Positions 36,268 to 50,649 of a DNA stretch of 64,000 bases are shown here, piece after piece; the stretch's first letter is position 1, and each line of letters begins with the position of its first letter. Source of the DNA: Mobula hypostoma (Eukaryota). The translations under genes were made by a program, and so were the position numbers. The stretch lies in assembly GCF_963921235.1 (NCBI RefSeq), contig NC_086108.1, positions 57,290,001 through 57,354,000 on the forward strand, read 5' to 3'. The notes beneath the pieces were generated by a model that was given only the letters and a program-made list of their open reading frames with translations, searched no databases and was not told where the DNA came from.

Positions 36268-38637
36268 TTTTGCGCTATATATTGAACCGCTTGCCCAACT
36301 AATAAGACAGAGCGAAATCGTAAAAGGTATCAAGCTGGCAGGGATTGAACAGAAAGTGGCGTTATTTGCAGATGATGTTTTAGTCTATCTGAGTGAACCA
36401 GAAAAATCATTTATAGGATTGTTTACACTGTTGGATGACTTTGGGAAAATATCAGGTTATAAAATAAATGTAAAGAAAACGCAGGTTATGTCCCTAAATT
36501 ATACACCATACAAAAAACTGCAGGATACATATGATCTTAAGTGGGAAGCTAAATCATTAAAATATTTAGGAATAACCCTGCCGAAGGATCTTTCAACGCT
36601 GTCACAGGTAAATTATGGGCCATTAATCTCAGAGATAAAAGCAGATATGCATAGATGGAATCTTATCCCCTTTTTAAGTTTAAATTCAAGGATAAATACT
36701 ATAAAAATGAATATTCTCCCTCAGTTACTGTATTTTTTCCGGACTTTACCCGTGGAGGTGGATGATAATCAATTCAGGGAATGGGACAAATGGATTTCCC
36801 GCTTTATCTGGCAAGGAAAGAAACCTAGAGTTTGATATAACACCTTACAGTTAGGGAAGGAAGGAGGAGGTATGGTTCTTCCTTGCTTGAGAAATTATTT
36901 TTATGCTTCACAGATAACCCCTCTGTTATATTGGTGTAATAGGGACTATAAGGCTAGATGGAAGGAAATAGAATTTGGATTGGTTGACAGTTTTCCTCTA
37001 CAGACCTCAATAGCTTGATGGCCCAATTGGAAAAGTTTAAAAACAATTGGATAAATCTTACATTAAAAGTATGACAGAAGGTGGTTAATTCATGTGGAAT
37101 CAATAACATGTTAAAACTTTTCAGATGGTGTGCATATGATACCGAATTCCTTCCCAACAGAGGAGATAAAAGATTTGAACTATGGATAAAGAAAGGTCTT
37201 ACAACCTACCTCCCATTTATACATAAAAGAGTATTACAAAGTTTCCAATTCCTGCAGGACAAACATGGCCTAGAATACAATAACTTTTTTTAGGTACCTT
37301 CAAGTACGACACTATGTTAACCAGAGTTGTAGATATACAGACCTATCAACAGTAGAATTAGAATTTTTGAAGATTCTGAATTCGGCTTGCAGTTCAATAT
37401 CTAGTAAATCAGTTTCTCAATTATATAATGCACTCTCCCATGCTAAAAATGTAAACACATTGTATATTAAAGAGAAGTGGGAGAAAGAAGCGGGGTTGGT
37501 ACTTTCAGAGGAGGCTTGGGGGAAAATATGCAGCTTTCAGTGGTCTTCGACTAATTCTTTGACTTGGAGAGAACATTGTTGGAAAAATATTATAAGATAC
37601 TTCAAGACCCCATATCAGGAAAAATATAAAGACACAAACGTGACGTGTTGTAGAAGGTGCGGCTCCAAGGAGGCAAATCATTTCCATATTTTCTGGGATT
37701 GTCCTAAATTAAATTTATATTGGAAAGGTATTCATAGAACATTAGTTAAGGTACTTAAGACCCAGATACCTCTGAACTTTGAGACGCTCTATTTGGGGCA
37801 TGTATTGTTTCTTGAACAGAAGAAAGATATAAAGTTGCTGCGGGCCCTTTTAGCGGCAAGTAAGAAATCAATCACTAGAAAGTGGCTAAATCCAATGCCA
37901 CCTACATTAGAAGATTGGCACAAAATTATCTTGGAAATATTTAAAATGGAAAAGATACTTACTCCCTGAGAATTCAAGAAGAAAAATTTTTATCAAATCT
38001 GGAATAAATGGATTGCATATATAACCCCAAAGCAAGCAGACTTTAGATGAATCTCCTAATGATTTATACTGTTCTTCTCATCAACACAGTAATATTGCTA
38101 ACGTAAGCACCCCTGGTCTAAATGTTTACTGTTTTTGGTTTTTTTTGGAAAATAGAGAATTAACACAAGTAAAGGAAAAGATTTGGGAAAGGGATAAAAA
38201 AAATGATAAAATTAAGTAAATAAGTACATAGGGATTGGATAATTATGTTTGGGGGCAGGAGTAAGCATGAACAAGTTAGGATATAAACACCTACAATGGT
38301 TGTTACATAGGCTTACATACAACATTTTGGACCAGTAGAAATGGTCCAGAAGAGATATATGGAAATTATTATTAATCCACTATTATTACTACTTTTCTTA
38401 ACAATAACAACTAATATCATTACTTAGCCTAATAGATTAGAATTTCAACTGTACATAATTATCTATTTAAGTGTCTAATTTCTTTTCATATCATCTTAAT
38501 GTGTACTTAGGAATGTATAAATAATTATAGTTTTATACATATAAAAAAAAGGAAAAGGTTATACATGTGAAAAAAGTACATGATACTTGTGAATTCCTTA
38601 TCCAAAAAAAAATGAAAAATTCAAAAAAAAAAGAAGG
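36268..38637 (+). mobile_element. 5'-truncated L1-clade LINE (ORF2 RT C-half, zinc knuckle, 3' UTR, A-tail)
   Basis: FALYIEPLAQLIR...KVALFADDVLVYL...SGYKINVKKT...KYLGI; CRRCGSKEANHFHIFWDCPKL; A-rich tail; TSD aactaatgacatt at 36255-36267 and 38638-38650; premature stops. Confidence 0.9.
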
Positions 38638-40649
38638 AACTAATGACATTGTGATCACTGGGTGCAAAGTGTTCCCCAACACTAACTTCTGTCACCTGCT
38701 CTGTCTCATTCCCTAATAGAAGATCAAGAATTGTAACTCTCTCATTGGAACTTCTATGTATCGATTAATGAAAATTTCCTGAACACAGATGATAACCTCT
38801 ATCCCATCTAGTCCTTTTACAATATTGGAGTCCCAGTCAATATGTGGAAAGTTAAAATCACCTACTATCACAACCTCATGTTGTTTGAAAGACTCGGCGA
38901 TCTCTCTACAAATTTGTTCCTCTAAATCCCGTGGACTGTTGGATGGTCTATAATATAGCCCATCAATATGGTCATATCTTTCTTGTTCCTCAGTTCCACC
39001 CATAAAGCCTCTCTTGAAGAGTTTTCCAGTCTGTCCTGACTGAGCACTGACATGACATTTTCCCTGACTAGTAACACCTCCCCTTCCCCTTTACTTCCTC
39101 CCATTCTGTCACATCTAAAACAATGGAAGCCCAGAACACTGAGCTGCCAGTCCTGTCTCTCCTGCAAATGTCTCACCAACAGCTACAATATCATAATTCT
39201 GTGCATTGATCCATGCCCTGAGCTCATTTCCCATTCTACACCACTTCTTGCATTGAAATATACGCAGGTCAGAACATTAGTTACACCATGCTCAGCCTTT
39301 AGATTCCTGACTTTGTCTGAGGCCTTAACAACAGTTGTCTCCAAAACATCTCCACAATCTGTTCTGGCACTCTGGTTCCTCCCCCCCGCCCCAAACCGGG
39401 TGCAGCACTAGCAAACCTTCCCCGCTGCGATATTATTCCCTCTCCAGTTCAGGGGCAAACCATCTCTTCTGTACATGTCCCTGGAAGAGAACCCAATGAT
39501 CCAAAAATTTGATGCCCTTCCTCCTATGCCAGCTCCTTAGCCAAGAGTTAAATTGTTTGATCTTCCTATTTCTGGCCTCACTAGCATATGGCATGGGTAG
39601 AAATTCTGAGATCACGATCCTGGAAGTCCTATGCTCATTACTCTCCCTAGCTATGTCATTGGAATCTACAAGGACCATGACCTCTGGCTATTCACCTTCC
39701 CTCTTAACAATGCTGAGGCCTCATTCTGAGATATTCTGGACCCTGGCACCTGGGAGGCCACATACCATTCGAGAATCTCATTCTTATCTACACAACCTCA
39801 TTTCTGTTTCCCTAACAAACGCATCCCCTATCATCACAGATCGCCTCTTTCCCTTCCCTTCTGGTAAGACTCAGTCCAGAGACCTGACTGCTGTGACTTT
39901 CCTCTGCTGGGTCATCCACCCAGAAGATTATCCGAACTGGTATACCTGTTGCAGAAGGGATTGGCCACAGGGGCACTCTACATTGGCTGTTTAACCCCTT
40001 CCTTCCTCCTGATTGTCACCCAGTTTCCTGTGTCCTGCAACTTGGGTGTAAATGCCTCTCTATATGCCCTATCTTTCACCCGCTCAGCCTAGTAAATATA
40101 AAAATGCATAAGCTGCATCATCAAAGTTATAACTCTGTAGAATCTGGGATTTTAAAAACATTTTCCAAGCTCTAACTTAGCTGGTGAAGATATTTATAAC
40201 TGAGTTGCAAGAGGAGGAAAGCCCTATCTCTGGTCCCTGTTAGGGGACGAGATCCTTGACCTCTGCAATCATGGCAGCTGAAAAAATAAAACGGGATTTA
40301 GCCTATTGGCACAAGGAGCAGAAAATTCTATAGGGTTTCAATTTCTGTTCAATATCTTGAAGGTCTGAATGTTGCTTCGTACGAACAGAGGGCAGAGTTA
40401 AAGGATGAACCAAAGCACAAACATTGTCAATATTTCACACTTGAGCTCAGTAATGAAGAATGAGCATTGTGACAAGAGATCAAAGAATGCCCTTGTGGAG
40501 CTACATCAGGAAAAGTTTGTAGAGAAAAGGAGAGGAAACAGATTGATAATGTTGCTTCTTTTCAAGGTTACTCCTTGACATAATGGGATAAAGAGGAAGT
40601 ACTGAAGTTTAGCAGAATTTAGTGTTTGACCCAGATATTCCAGGTGAAC

Positions 40650-40900
40650 TGCATCCTTGGAGAGTATGTTGACTGGTTGCAACACGGCCTGGTATGGGAA
40701 CACCAATGCCCTTGAATGGAAAAACTGACAAAAAGTAGTGGATACAGCCCAGTCCGTCACAGGTAAATCCCTCCCCATCGTTGAGTACATTTATAAGGAA
40801 TGCTTTTGCAGGAAAGCAGCATTCATCATCAAGGCCCCCCACCACTCAGGCCATGCTCTCTTCTCTCTGCTGCCATCAGGGAAACGTACAGGACCCTTAC
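40650..40900 (+). mobile_element. Rex1/Babar C-terminal fragment
   Basis: ctggttgcaacacggcctggtatgggaac...aaagtagtggatacagcccagtcc matches the other Rex copies. Confidence 0.7.
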
Positions 40901-41359
40901 AATTTTAACGGGATACAAGATTTCATCATTTACCTTTACCTCATACAATTTTTCATCATTCCTTGTATCGTGTCACATTTTTCTGCATTGAATTTTATCT
41001 AGAACTCTCTGTTACAAGCCTGCATGTTCTCTTGGTCTATTACTATCATCTCCTGGTTGTCTATGACAGAGAGAAATTTCAGCATTGGGTTTTTTTTTAT
41101 AACCAGGTCTTGGTCCTTAATACAGAAGGATGGGTTTAGGGCATAGTTTTAAAGGTGCAATTATAAATTATAATAGTAATATAATTATAAATAAATTATA
41201 AGGATAAGTAGTCTTTATGAATAGACACAGAATATTAAAACTAAGAAGTTGTGCTGAGCCTATTTTGAAATGCTGATTTAATTACAATTGAACCACTCTG
41301 CTCATATTTGAGGATCATGCTTTAGAAAAGACTTGAAAACCTTGGAAAGGCAAAAGCTT

Positions 41360-42690
41360 AAACTTTGTAGTTCAAAGTAAATTTATTATCAAAGTACATA
41401 TATGTCACTATATACAAACCTGAGATTCATTTTCTTGTGGGCATACTCAATAAATCCATAGAATAATAACCATGACAGAATCAGTGAAAGACTGCACTGA
41501 TGTGGGTGTTCAGCCAATGTGCAACAGACTACAAATAGTGCAAATGCAAAAATAAATAAACAAACAAGTAAATAGATAAATATTAAATCAATAAATAATA
41601 AGTAGGGAACATCGACTCAGACCATGAGAGGCCTGCATCGGGCATTTTCATGCCTTACAAGGCGCAATAATAATAAGTAAATAAGCAATAAATATTGAGA
41701 ACATGAGGTGAAGAGTCCCTGAAAGTGAATCCATAGTTTGTGGGAACATTTCAATGATGGGGCAAGTGAAGATGAATGAAGTTATCCCCTTTGGTCCAAG
41801 AGCCTGGTGGTGAAGGGGTATAACTATTCCTGAACCTGGTGGTGTGAGTTCCAAAGCTCACCTTCTTCCTGATGGTGGTAGTGAGAAGAGAGCGTGTACT
41901 GGGTTGTGGAGGTCACTGATGATTGATATTGCTTTCCTACGATGGCATTTCGTGTAGATGTGCTCAGTGGTGGGGCGGGCTTTACCCATGATGGACCGGG
42001 CTGTATCCATTACTTTTTACAGGATTTTCCATTCAAGGGCAGTGGTGTTTTCATACCAGGCTGTGATGCAGCCAATCAATATACTCTTCACTACACGTCT
42101 ATAGAAGTTTGTCAAAGTTTTAGATGTCATGCTGAATCTTTGCAAACTCGTAAGGAAGTAAAGGCACTGGCGTGCTTTCTTTGTAATTGCACTTCCGTGC
42201 TGGGCTCACGACAGGTCCTCCGAAATAATAACACTAAGGAAAATAAAGTTGCTGACCCTCTCCACCTTTGACACTCTGGTGAGGACTGGCTCATGGACCT
42301 CTTGTTTCCTTCTCCTGAATTCAATAACCAGCTCCTTGGTCTTGCTGACATTGGTATAAAGTTGTTATTATGGCTCCACTCAGCCCAATTTTCAATACCC
42401 CCCATATGCTGATTGATCACCATCTTTGATACAGCCTCTGACACAACCTCCATCAGCACAGGTGCACCACAAGGCTGGGTGCTTAGCCCCCTGCTCTACT
42501 CACTTTACACTTACGACTGTGTGGCTAAGCGCAGCTCCAATGCTATATTCAAGCTTGGTGGAGATGCTTTTGCCAATCAAACTGACTGGGGTTTGCAAGT
42601 GAGGAAATCAAGGATCCGATTGCACAAGGAGGTATTGAGGCCAAGGTCTTGAAGCTTATTGATTAGTTTTGAGGGGATGATGAAAGATAT
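41360..42690 (-). mobile_element. Rex1/Babar 3' portion with a short inverted internal piece (about 42430-42555, plus)
   Basis: [28 protein letters not shown] (minus), GAPQGWVLSPLLYSLYTYDC (plus), family 3' UTR at about 41360. Confidence 0.75.
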
Positions 42691-44127
42691 ATTCTGTGAT
42701 AAAACCTGGGATGATGAAATTGTTAAAAGGGCAGCTTGCAGAAGTTTGGGTTTTCCTTGAGAATAAAGAAAAAACATCTTGTTGTTATTCACTCATAACT
42801 AGATGGTCAGATTTATCTAAAATACCGTTAGGATTTGCAATATGCTGCCCCTTAGGATAGTGGACACAGATTCAATGGAAGTCTTCAAATGAAAAAAGGT
42901 TAAAGGAGAAAATAGTTGCTGGAACACGAGGAAAGATCAAAGGTTGGAGCTGACCACACTTCAAAAGATCATGTACAGTATTAAGAGGTCAAATGGTTTT
43001 GATTAAGCTCTGTTTTTGAACATAGAGTTCATGTCCTATCATCCTGTCTTTTTGTGAGCCTTTTCCAGTGAATAAATCAATACCGCACGATATAAAAACA
43101 GAAAATGTCCATTTGGTGAGATGTTCCTGTGAAGAGAGAAAGTGAGAAAGGAAACAAGTTTTAAGTTGCAGTGAAAATGGGAAGAGAGAGAGAGAGCTAA
43201 TAGCTATGTTTGGCAACATGGGCAAGAAGTGATCGATGATGAGAACCTAGTGGAAGACTGGTGGTGTTGCTAACTGAAAGAGGTGTATTCAGGAGAAGAC
43301 AAATGTGAAATACCAGAAGAGGAGAGAATAAATTTAAACACTGACCTTGTGAGGTTAGGGAAATCCTAGGTTCAAGGCTGAATTAATTGATTATGAATGT
43401 AGAAATTTTTAAAAAATAAATTAATTTAATTCTGTTTAATATTGGAGGAATGAAACATTGTAGTTTATCTGATTTGCTCTTATAACTGTCAGATCTCATC
43501 AGACAAAAAAAATCTGAACTCTCAGGAGATAGTTATTGTTCTTCAAATATGATTGCAGATTTTACATTGTATTGAAGTGCAGAGAGATGGAAACAGTTGC
43601 TTGGAATATACTATGTCTTCTGAAATACAAAAATGGTAAGCATTGAGTCAAGTTGAATTTGTGGTCATGTGCTCAAGAATGTTGAGGTGCAGGTGCAATG
43701 AAAAACTTGCGTGCAGCAACATCACAGGCATGTAGGTATTAATTTTTTAAAAAAGCAAGATAACCAAGGTTTTTGCCTGTACCTTGAAAAACAGTTGAAC
43801 ATTGACCTCAGTTGACATTAAAGTGACATCTTCACAATAGCAGCTGATTGAACATCATGTCGGGGTGGGGTGGGGAAGTGTGCTGCACCTATACTTGAAG
43901 GGAAAACATAACAAAAAAAAGAACAAAGAGGGAAGATCTGTGATAAAGTGGAAGTCAGGAAAGATAAAATGACAAAAGCAGATGATAGTGCAAGGTAGCA
44001 TAGGTTGGAAGGGGAAACATCACAGAAAAATCTGTTTCCTTTGGAGGAGAGAAACTTGCAGACAGCTGAAATTAAAGAAAAGTAATATAAATTAAAATGA
44101 GAAATAAACAATATGTTTCATCAGTAA

Positions 44128-44311
44128 ACATGAGGAAATCTGCAGGTGCTGGAATTTCAAGCAATACACATAAAAGTTGCTGGTGAATGCAGCAGGCCAG
44201 GCAGCATCTCTAGGAAGAGGTCCTGACGAAGGGTCTCGGCCCGAAATGTCGACTGTACCTCTTCCGAGAGATGCTGCCTGGCCTGCTGCGTTCACCAGCA
44301 ACTTTTATGTG
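44128..44311. mobile_element. Penelope-like pLTR inverted insertion, 14-bp TSD
   Basis: TSD tgtttcatcagtaa at 44114-44127 and 44312-44325; plus-strand motif CTGACGA(44223-44229)...GAAATGTC (ACGT palindrome changed to ATGT). Confidence 0.85.
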
Positions 44312-45129
44312 TGTTTCATCAGTAAGTTTAGATACTAATTGTTTCTTTTTAGCTCTTGCCTCTCATCCCCTCACTCCAGCACAATTTCTGTTTATCTCTA
44401 ACTGCACGGTTCTGATGGAAGGACATCAATTTGAAACATTAACTTTGTTTTCCTTCCAAAGTTGCTTCTGAACTTGTCAAATTTCTCAAGCATTTCCCAC
44501 TATTAATCCAGGTTTCTGGGGTTTGAGACAATGGGAACAATGGGGCTATGTAGTGGGGAAGTTACACAGAGAGATTTTGGATAATAATACAATTAATAAA
44601 CTCAGAAACTAGAGAGCAAGGTGAATTATGAGTGAGGTTTAAATCTCTGAGAGTAGGAACAGATAGGAAAGTGAAGAGAACCCAATTAAAATTTTTATAT
44701 GTTAATGGATAGGTCATAGAAATGAGGAATTTAAATGGAAGGCTGGAGATGTGGCATAAGATCAGACACTCAATGTCACCAAAAATTTTAGAGAAGTAGG
44801 GGTGATTTATTAAAAAGAATGTATTAATATTGTTAGACAATCACCTTTGTATTTGTGTTTGTATATAGGCTAAGGTTAAGTATTAGTAATGATATAGGCA
44901 CTTTGCTGTTCATTGTTTGACTTCCTGTTTCAAATCACTCCATTGCACAATTTATTGGTCAGCAATTTGCGAGCTGATACTGGTGAGAAAAGTGACATTC
45001 ATTAATCATAAAAGGGAAGGGAGGCTCCTTTCCCAGCAATTTGTCTGGTCTAGGTGCAGCTACTGTATGGAGTTCGTGCAGTACAGTGGTGTAGAGATAA
45101 AAGACTAGCCTTGATCCACTGAACGGTGG

Positions 45130-45410
45130 AGCTGAATCAGGCTTGTTATCACTGACATATCACATGAAATCTGTTGTTTAGTGGCAGCAGTACAATAGAC
45201 ATAAAAAATATTGCTGTAAGCTACAAAAATAAATAAATAGTGGAAAAAGATTAATAACGGGATTGCATTCATGGAATCTTCAGAAAATCTGATGGCGGAA
45301 GGAATGAAGCTATTCTTAAAACATTGAGTGTGGATCTTCAGGCTCCTGTACCTCCTCCAAGATGGTAGTAACACAAAGGGGACATGTCCTCGATGGCAGG
45401 GTCTGTAATC
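45130..45410 (-). mobile_element. Rex1/Babar 3' end
   Basis: FVLLPSWRRYRSLKIHTQCFKNSFIPSAIR C-terminal motif. Confidence 0.75.
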
Positions 45411-45725
45411 CTCTGATGAAAATCCTGATGAGCGGGTCTTGACTCGAAACACCGACTATTTATTTCCCTCCATATATTCTTATTCTCTGCTATAAGATTT
45501 ACTTTTAACTCTTCCTAAGTAGTTTGGCAACTATAAGTAATTTCTATCAATGAAAGAACAGGATTATTAAGAATCTGGAAGTCAGGCAGGAACGTCAGTG
45601 AGGTAAGTCATCAGCCATGATATTGAATGGCGCAGTTGGTCTGAGGGGCCATTTGGTTTATTCATGGATCTGTTTCACATTTTTCAAGTTTCTTATAGAA
45701 TCCTCCCAGCAACATTATATACATA

Positions 45726-46260
45726 CACTCAGGGGCCACTTTATTAGGTACACCTGTATGCATGTTTGTTAATGCAAATATCTAATCAGCCAATGTCGTG
45801 GCAGCAGCTCAACGCATAAAAACGTGCAAGCATGGTCAAGGGGTACAGTTGTTGTTCAGACCAAATATCAGAATGGGGAAGAAATGTGATGTAATTGACT
45901 TTGACTGTGGAATGCTTGTTGGTGCCAGGCAGGGTGGTTGGAGTATCTCAAAAATTGCTGATCTTCTGGGATTTTCTTGCACAACAGTTTCTAGAGTTTA
46001 CAGAGAATGGTGTGAAAAACTAAAAAACATCCAGTGAGCGGCAGATCTGCAGACAAAAACACCCTGTAAATGTGAGTGGCCAGACTGGTTCAAGCTGACA
46101 GAAATTTGACAGTAGCTCAAATAACTATGCAGAACATCTCTGTACCCACAATACGTTGAACCTTGAAATAGAAAGGCTACAGCAACAGAAGACCATGAAC
46201 ATACACTCAGTGGCTAGTTTATTAGATACTGGAGGAACCTAATAAAGTGGCCACTGAATG
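45726..46260 (+). mobile_element. Non-autonomous Tc1-like element (535 bp)
   Basis: TIRs cactcaggggccactttattagg / cctaataaagtggccactgaatg, TA on both sides; encodes an N-terminal HTH MGKKCDVIDFDCGMLVGARQGGWSISKIADLLGFSCTTVSRVYREW. Confidence 0.85.
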
Positions 46261-48204
46261 TATTTCTATTTAGCCGATGATATACCTGATATTATTGACT
46301 AAACTGATATATCTACTTACAAGACCTAAGGTATATCAGCTTAGTCAATGTATAAATCTTCTTCATTAATCTTTTAGCTCTCTTGGATAATACCCAACTA
46401 GGATTAAATCCCCTATATTCAGTTCCATAGCCACAATCTTTCCACAAACAAATATGTACCAGAATATGAGACATTGCAAGCTGATTCTTTGTCTGCCAAT
46501 TTGATGTCATTTCTCAGAGCCCAAGAACTTAACTGTGAATGATTTATACTGTCTGGTCTCCACGATTGCATGTGCCTTCACTTTGCAAGTAAAAACATAA
46601 TCAGCATTCCTTTTATGATTTGGCCAGGAAATGTACCTGCCACTCTGAATCCAAGCCCATTACTTCTCCCTTTCCTCTCAACTGCTTTCTAATCTTTCTG
46701 TCATCTGAAATAAAAACATTACCACTGGATATGTGCTGTTCAAGTAACAAGTGAATAGAGAAGGAGTTAAAGTATCAGTTGAAGACCCTTTATTGGAACT
46801 GTTAACTTCATTTCCCTTCCTGTCTCTCAAGCATGTTTCTACTTACCTTACCTTGTCAGAACTTTCTCCAATACTCCCAACTCTGATCCCAATGGAATCG
46901 TCTCAATATACCTCTTTCTTCCTGCTTTTCAGCTATTATATCTGGTTCAAATGTATGGAGGTGACTGAAGAAGGATTGAATGTTTGTAGTATGTTTTTAA
47001 TGAAGTGAGGAAATAAATGTCCTTAATGTCTGAATGTGATCAGTCCAGATGATTCCTTGCCAAGGGCCAAGTACTAAAGGCAAAATGAAGGAATGTTGCA
47101 AATTTAAAAGAAAACAATGGAATGCTGAAATTATTCAAGTTAAGAAAGGAATGACATATTAATACATACTGCTGTAATTGTTCTGTTAATTTTGCTACAA
47201 GCAAGTCCATTTCCTATTATTTAATAATTCTAACTTGCTCTATCCCCAAGGAAATGCAAAAGATAAAGGAACAACAAAAAAAGATTTAATCACTTCTGTG
47301 TTCATGGAAATAGACAAACAGCAGGAATGGTTTAAAAATTAGTTCCAAACACATGAAAACACTACAGTCCAGAGAGCCCTAGTAAATTGACACAGATGTA
47401 ATCAGCATCCATTTAATTGAGACAAGATGGGTAATGCGGTTTTTTAGCTGAAGTGAATCAGCATGAAAATATGTACAAGAGGTTTTCATCGCAATACTTA
47501 CAATTAATGAATAATCACAACGGAGAGAACTCTTATGAATCACAGAAAGTCAATGTTTCTAAGCATCAACAGCTGTAGTTAATCTATTCACTGAATATTT
47601 ACAACAACAAATGTGAGATTTCTAAAGATCCAGTCTATTGTTGAAAGGGAAATCTAATCAATAAAAGGTAAACAAGCATTTATGCTCTTTAATTTTTCAC
47701 AAGGCTGACAGAATTAAAAAGAATCCATTCAGCCCTCGGTATGCACGTCCGATGGAAAAGGATTAATGTAGGTTAAACCTACTCTCAGTTCCAAGGTTGC
47801 AGCTTTTCAAGCACTCACACTGATTTTTTAAAATGCATCAGGGATTCTGCCTTCACTACTCTTCCAGGCAATTTTCCACAAATCCATTCCAAGCAATCTA
47901 CTAATTAAATTTATGTATCCTACTTATTAATATCTCTACTAAGAAATAGCTCCTTCTTTTTCATCTCATCTATCCTGATAATTTTATTCACCTCAACTAA
48001 ACCTCCCATGATTTTGTTTAGCACTGAGAAGGTAAGCCCTGCCCCTCCCCTTCGCCTATTTATACTGGCTATCAACCCTTTACACTCAACCCAAAACATC
48101 AACTATTCAGTTGACTCCACAGATGCGAACTGACCCGCTGTGTTCCTGTAGTACAACATCTGTAGTCTCCCGTGTCTCCTTTTAATCTCTCTTAAAATAT
48201 ATTC

Positions 48205-48540
48205 ATTGACAGAATGTGGCCATTATTACCCAGCATTTTTTTTACCCTTTCCATTTCTGAGTGGCATGCTACGCTATTATGAAAGGCAGATAAAATTCAA
48301 ATTCTGTACTGGGACTTTACTCACACTTAGTCTGGACCAGATAAGGATGGCAGATTTCCCTGAAGGGCATCAGTTAACTAGATTTTATGATCATCTATAA
48401 TTTTCATGGACAATATTAATAACAGAAATATTTTAATTCAGATTTATTTTAATTAATTTAAATTCCCAAGTGCAGATTAAAAAAAATCACATCTTTGGAT
48501 CTGACCTTTCGTTGGCTGTCCAGTTACCATTATACAATAT
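48205..48540 (-). mobile_element. Old SINE remnant
   Basis: Minus strand tctagttaactgatgcccttcagggaaatctgccatccttatctggtc resembles a conserved SINE central domain; degenerate. Confidence 0.45.
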
Positions 48541-50428
48541 TTCTAATCACTAACAACTAATAACACTAATAGAATGATCTTTATTTTATTTAGTAAGTGT
48601 ATTTTTTTCTTTAAATCACTGCCTCATTTATGACGCACATTTTACCTGCTTAGGATTGGCCATCATGGCTGAATGGACATTGTCTATGGGAGTCTTGATA
48701 TCGGCATGCCATTAGACAAAGACACGATCACAACTGGCTGCAGTTCCATCTATGCCTGACTTTCAAACAATTACATTGGGCCCAGCAGATTAATGGCCAG
48801 CAGAGACAGCATTACTCAGCTCATTCTCCCTATTCCACACAGAATTACAATGCACGGTATGCCATTATCTGACTCATGCTATGTTCTTGAACCTCTGTGG
48901 ATTTATAATCAGGATGTGGGTAGGTTACGCTCTTTTGTAAATTATCTCTCTGAAAGAAGAAAACTGGTATTTTAGTGATATTTGGTGGAGTGGTGGGGAG
49001 GCAGACATTCCTGATAACTCCATCAGTTTTTTGTAATCCAGATGAGACTATGGGAAAACAGAAATGTATGTGAGTAGGAAGATTTGTATTTAATAGCATC
49101 TGTGAACTCATAAGAGCATAAGATACAGGAGTGTAGTTAGGATATTTGGCCCATCCAGTGTCCTCTGCCATTTCATCATGACTGATCCAATTTCCCTCTC
49201 AGCCCCAATCGCCTGGCTTCTCCCTGCATCCCTTCTTGCCATGACCAATCAAGAATCTATCAACCTCTTAAATATACGTAAAGACTTGGTCTCCACTGCT
49301 TTTTGTGGCAGCAAATTCCACATGTTCACTAATCTCTGGCTAAAGAAATTCCTCATCAGAATCCTAAAAAGATGCTCCTTTATTCTGAGGCTCTGTCTTC
49401 TGAATTTCCATGGCTCCCACCAGAGGAAATATCCTCTCCACATCCACTTTATCAAGGCTTCTCACCTTTTGATAGATTTCAATGAGGTCACTCCCCCCAC
49501 CACCACCATTCTTCTGAATTCCAGTGAATACAGGTCTAAAGCCATCAAACGCTTTTCATATGACAAGCCGTTTAATTCTGGGATTATTTTTGTCAACCTC
49601 CTTTGAACCCTGTTCTGTTTCAGCACATCCCTTCTAAGATAAAGAGCCCAAAACTGCTCACAATACTCCAAGTGAGGCATCCCCAGTGCTTTATAAAGTC
49701 TCAGCATTACATCCTTGCTTTTATATTCTAGACCTCTTTAAATGAATGCTAACTTTCCACTTGCCTTCCTCACCATGGACTCAACCTGCGAATCAACTTT
49801 CAGGGAATCCTGCACAAGGACTCCCAAGTCTCTTTGAGCGTCAGTTTTTTTTTGTATTTTCTCTCCATTAGAAAACAGTTAACTCTTTCATTTATTCTAC
49901 CAAAGTGTATGGCCATACACTTCCCAGCACTGTATTCCATGGGCCACTTCTTTGTCCACTCTCCTAAAGGTCCTTCTGTAGATTCTGTTTTCTTGAAACT
50001 TCCTGACCTGCCACCTATTTTCATTCTGTCTGCAAATTTGGCCTTAAAGCTATCAATTCCATCATCTAAATCATTGACATACAACATAATTGGTCCCAAC
50101 ACAGACCCCTGTGGAACACCACTAGTCACCGGCAGCCAACCAGAAAAGTGTCCCTTTATTCCCACTCTTTGTCTCCTGCCAATCAGCCACTGCTTTATCC
50201 ATGCTAGCATCTTTCCTGAAATACCATGGGCTCTTAATTTTTAAGCATCCTCATGTGTAGCCCCTTGTCAAAGACCTTCTGAAAATCCAAATGCACAACA
50301 TCAACCTTTGTCTTTTGTCCGTCCTGCTTGTTATTTCTGCAAAGAGCTCCAACAGATTCGTCAGGCAAAATTTTCCCCTGAGAAAAAAAATGGCCTATTA
50401 CATCATGTGCATCCAAATACTCCAAAAG

Positions 50429-50649
50429 AAGAAGAAGAAGAAGAAAGACCTTAACTCTGAGTGGAGTCATTGGGATGCCATCATGACGGTATTTTTTTAG
50501 CAGGCGTTCTTATTTTTATGAGGCCGAATTGCTAGCTCAACGCTCAACCCAGCACGAATGGAAAGCGTGCAAGGGAGCCGGCTGGATTCGAACTCGGGAG
50601 CCTTTGCTCCGAAGTCCGGCACCGATACCACTACCCCACTAGCCGGCCA
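50429..50649 (-). mobile_element. tRNA-derived SINE with (TTC)n tail, 14-bp TSD, nested in CR1
   Basis: Minus-strand A box TGGGGTAGTGG and B box GAGTTCGAATCC; TSD aaatactccaaaag at 50415-50428 and 50650-50663. Confidence 0.85.

Larger units (their letters stand above)
33835..40090 (-). mobile_element. Long CR1 LINE, decayed, split by an L1 fragment and a pLTR hairpin
   Basis: C-terminus LGLYSLELKRLRGNLLEVYKIM; RT PEHWRIANVVPLFRKG, VVNWIRHWLCGRRQRVV; endonuclease YYRPSN...VIVGDFNFPHIDW; ORF1 esterase-like RIVISEFLP...FNSWLRSW...FLDHW. Confidence 0.85.

Noticed and set aside
36188..36835. 215-aa ORF as a host gene
   Set aside because: Chimeric frame: antisense CR1 sequence fused at the TSD to L1 ORF2.
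43170..44100. Very old Penelope 3' (GIY-YIG) remnant
   Set aside because: Similarity too weak to support without an alignment.
45420..45460. Hammerhead motif CTGATGA...GAAACACC
   Set aside because: The cleavage triplet and ACGT palindrome are lost; treated as a dead pLTR remnant, like 5330, 44410, 51950 and 58870.
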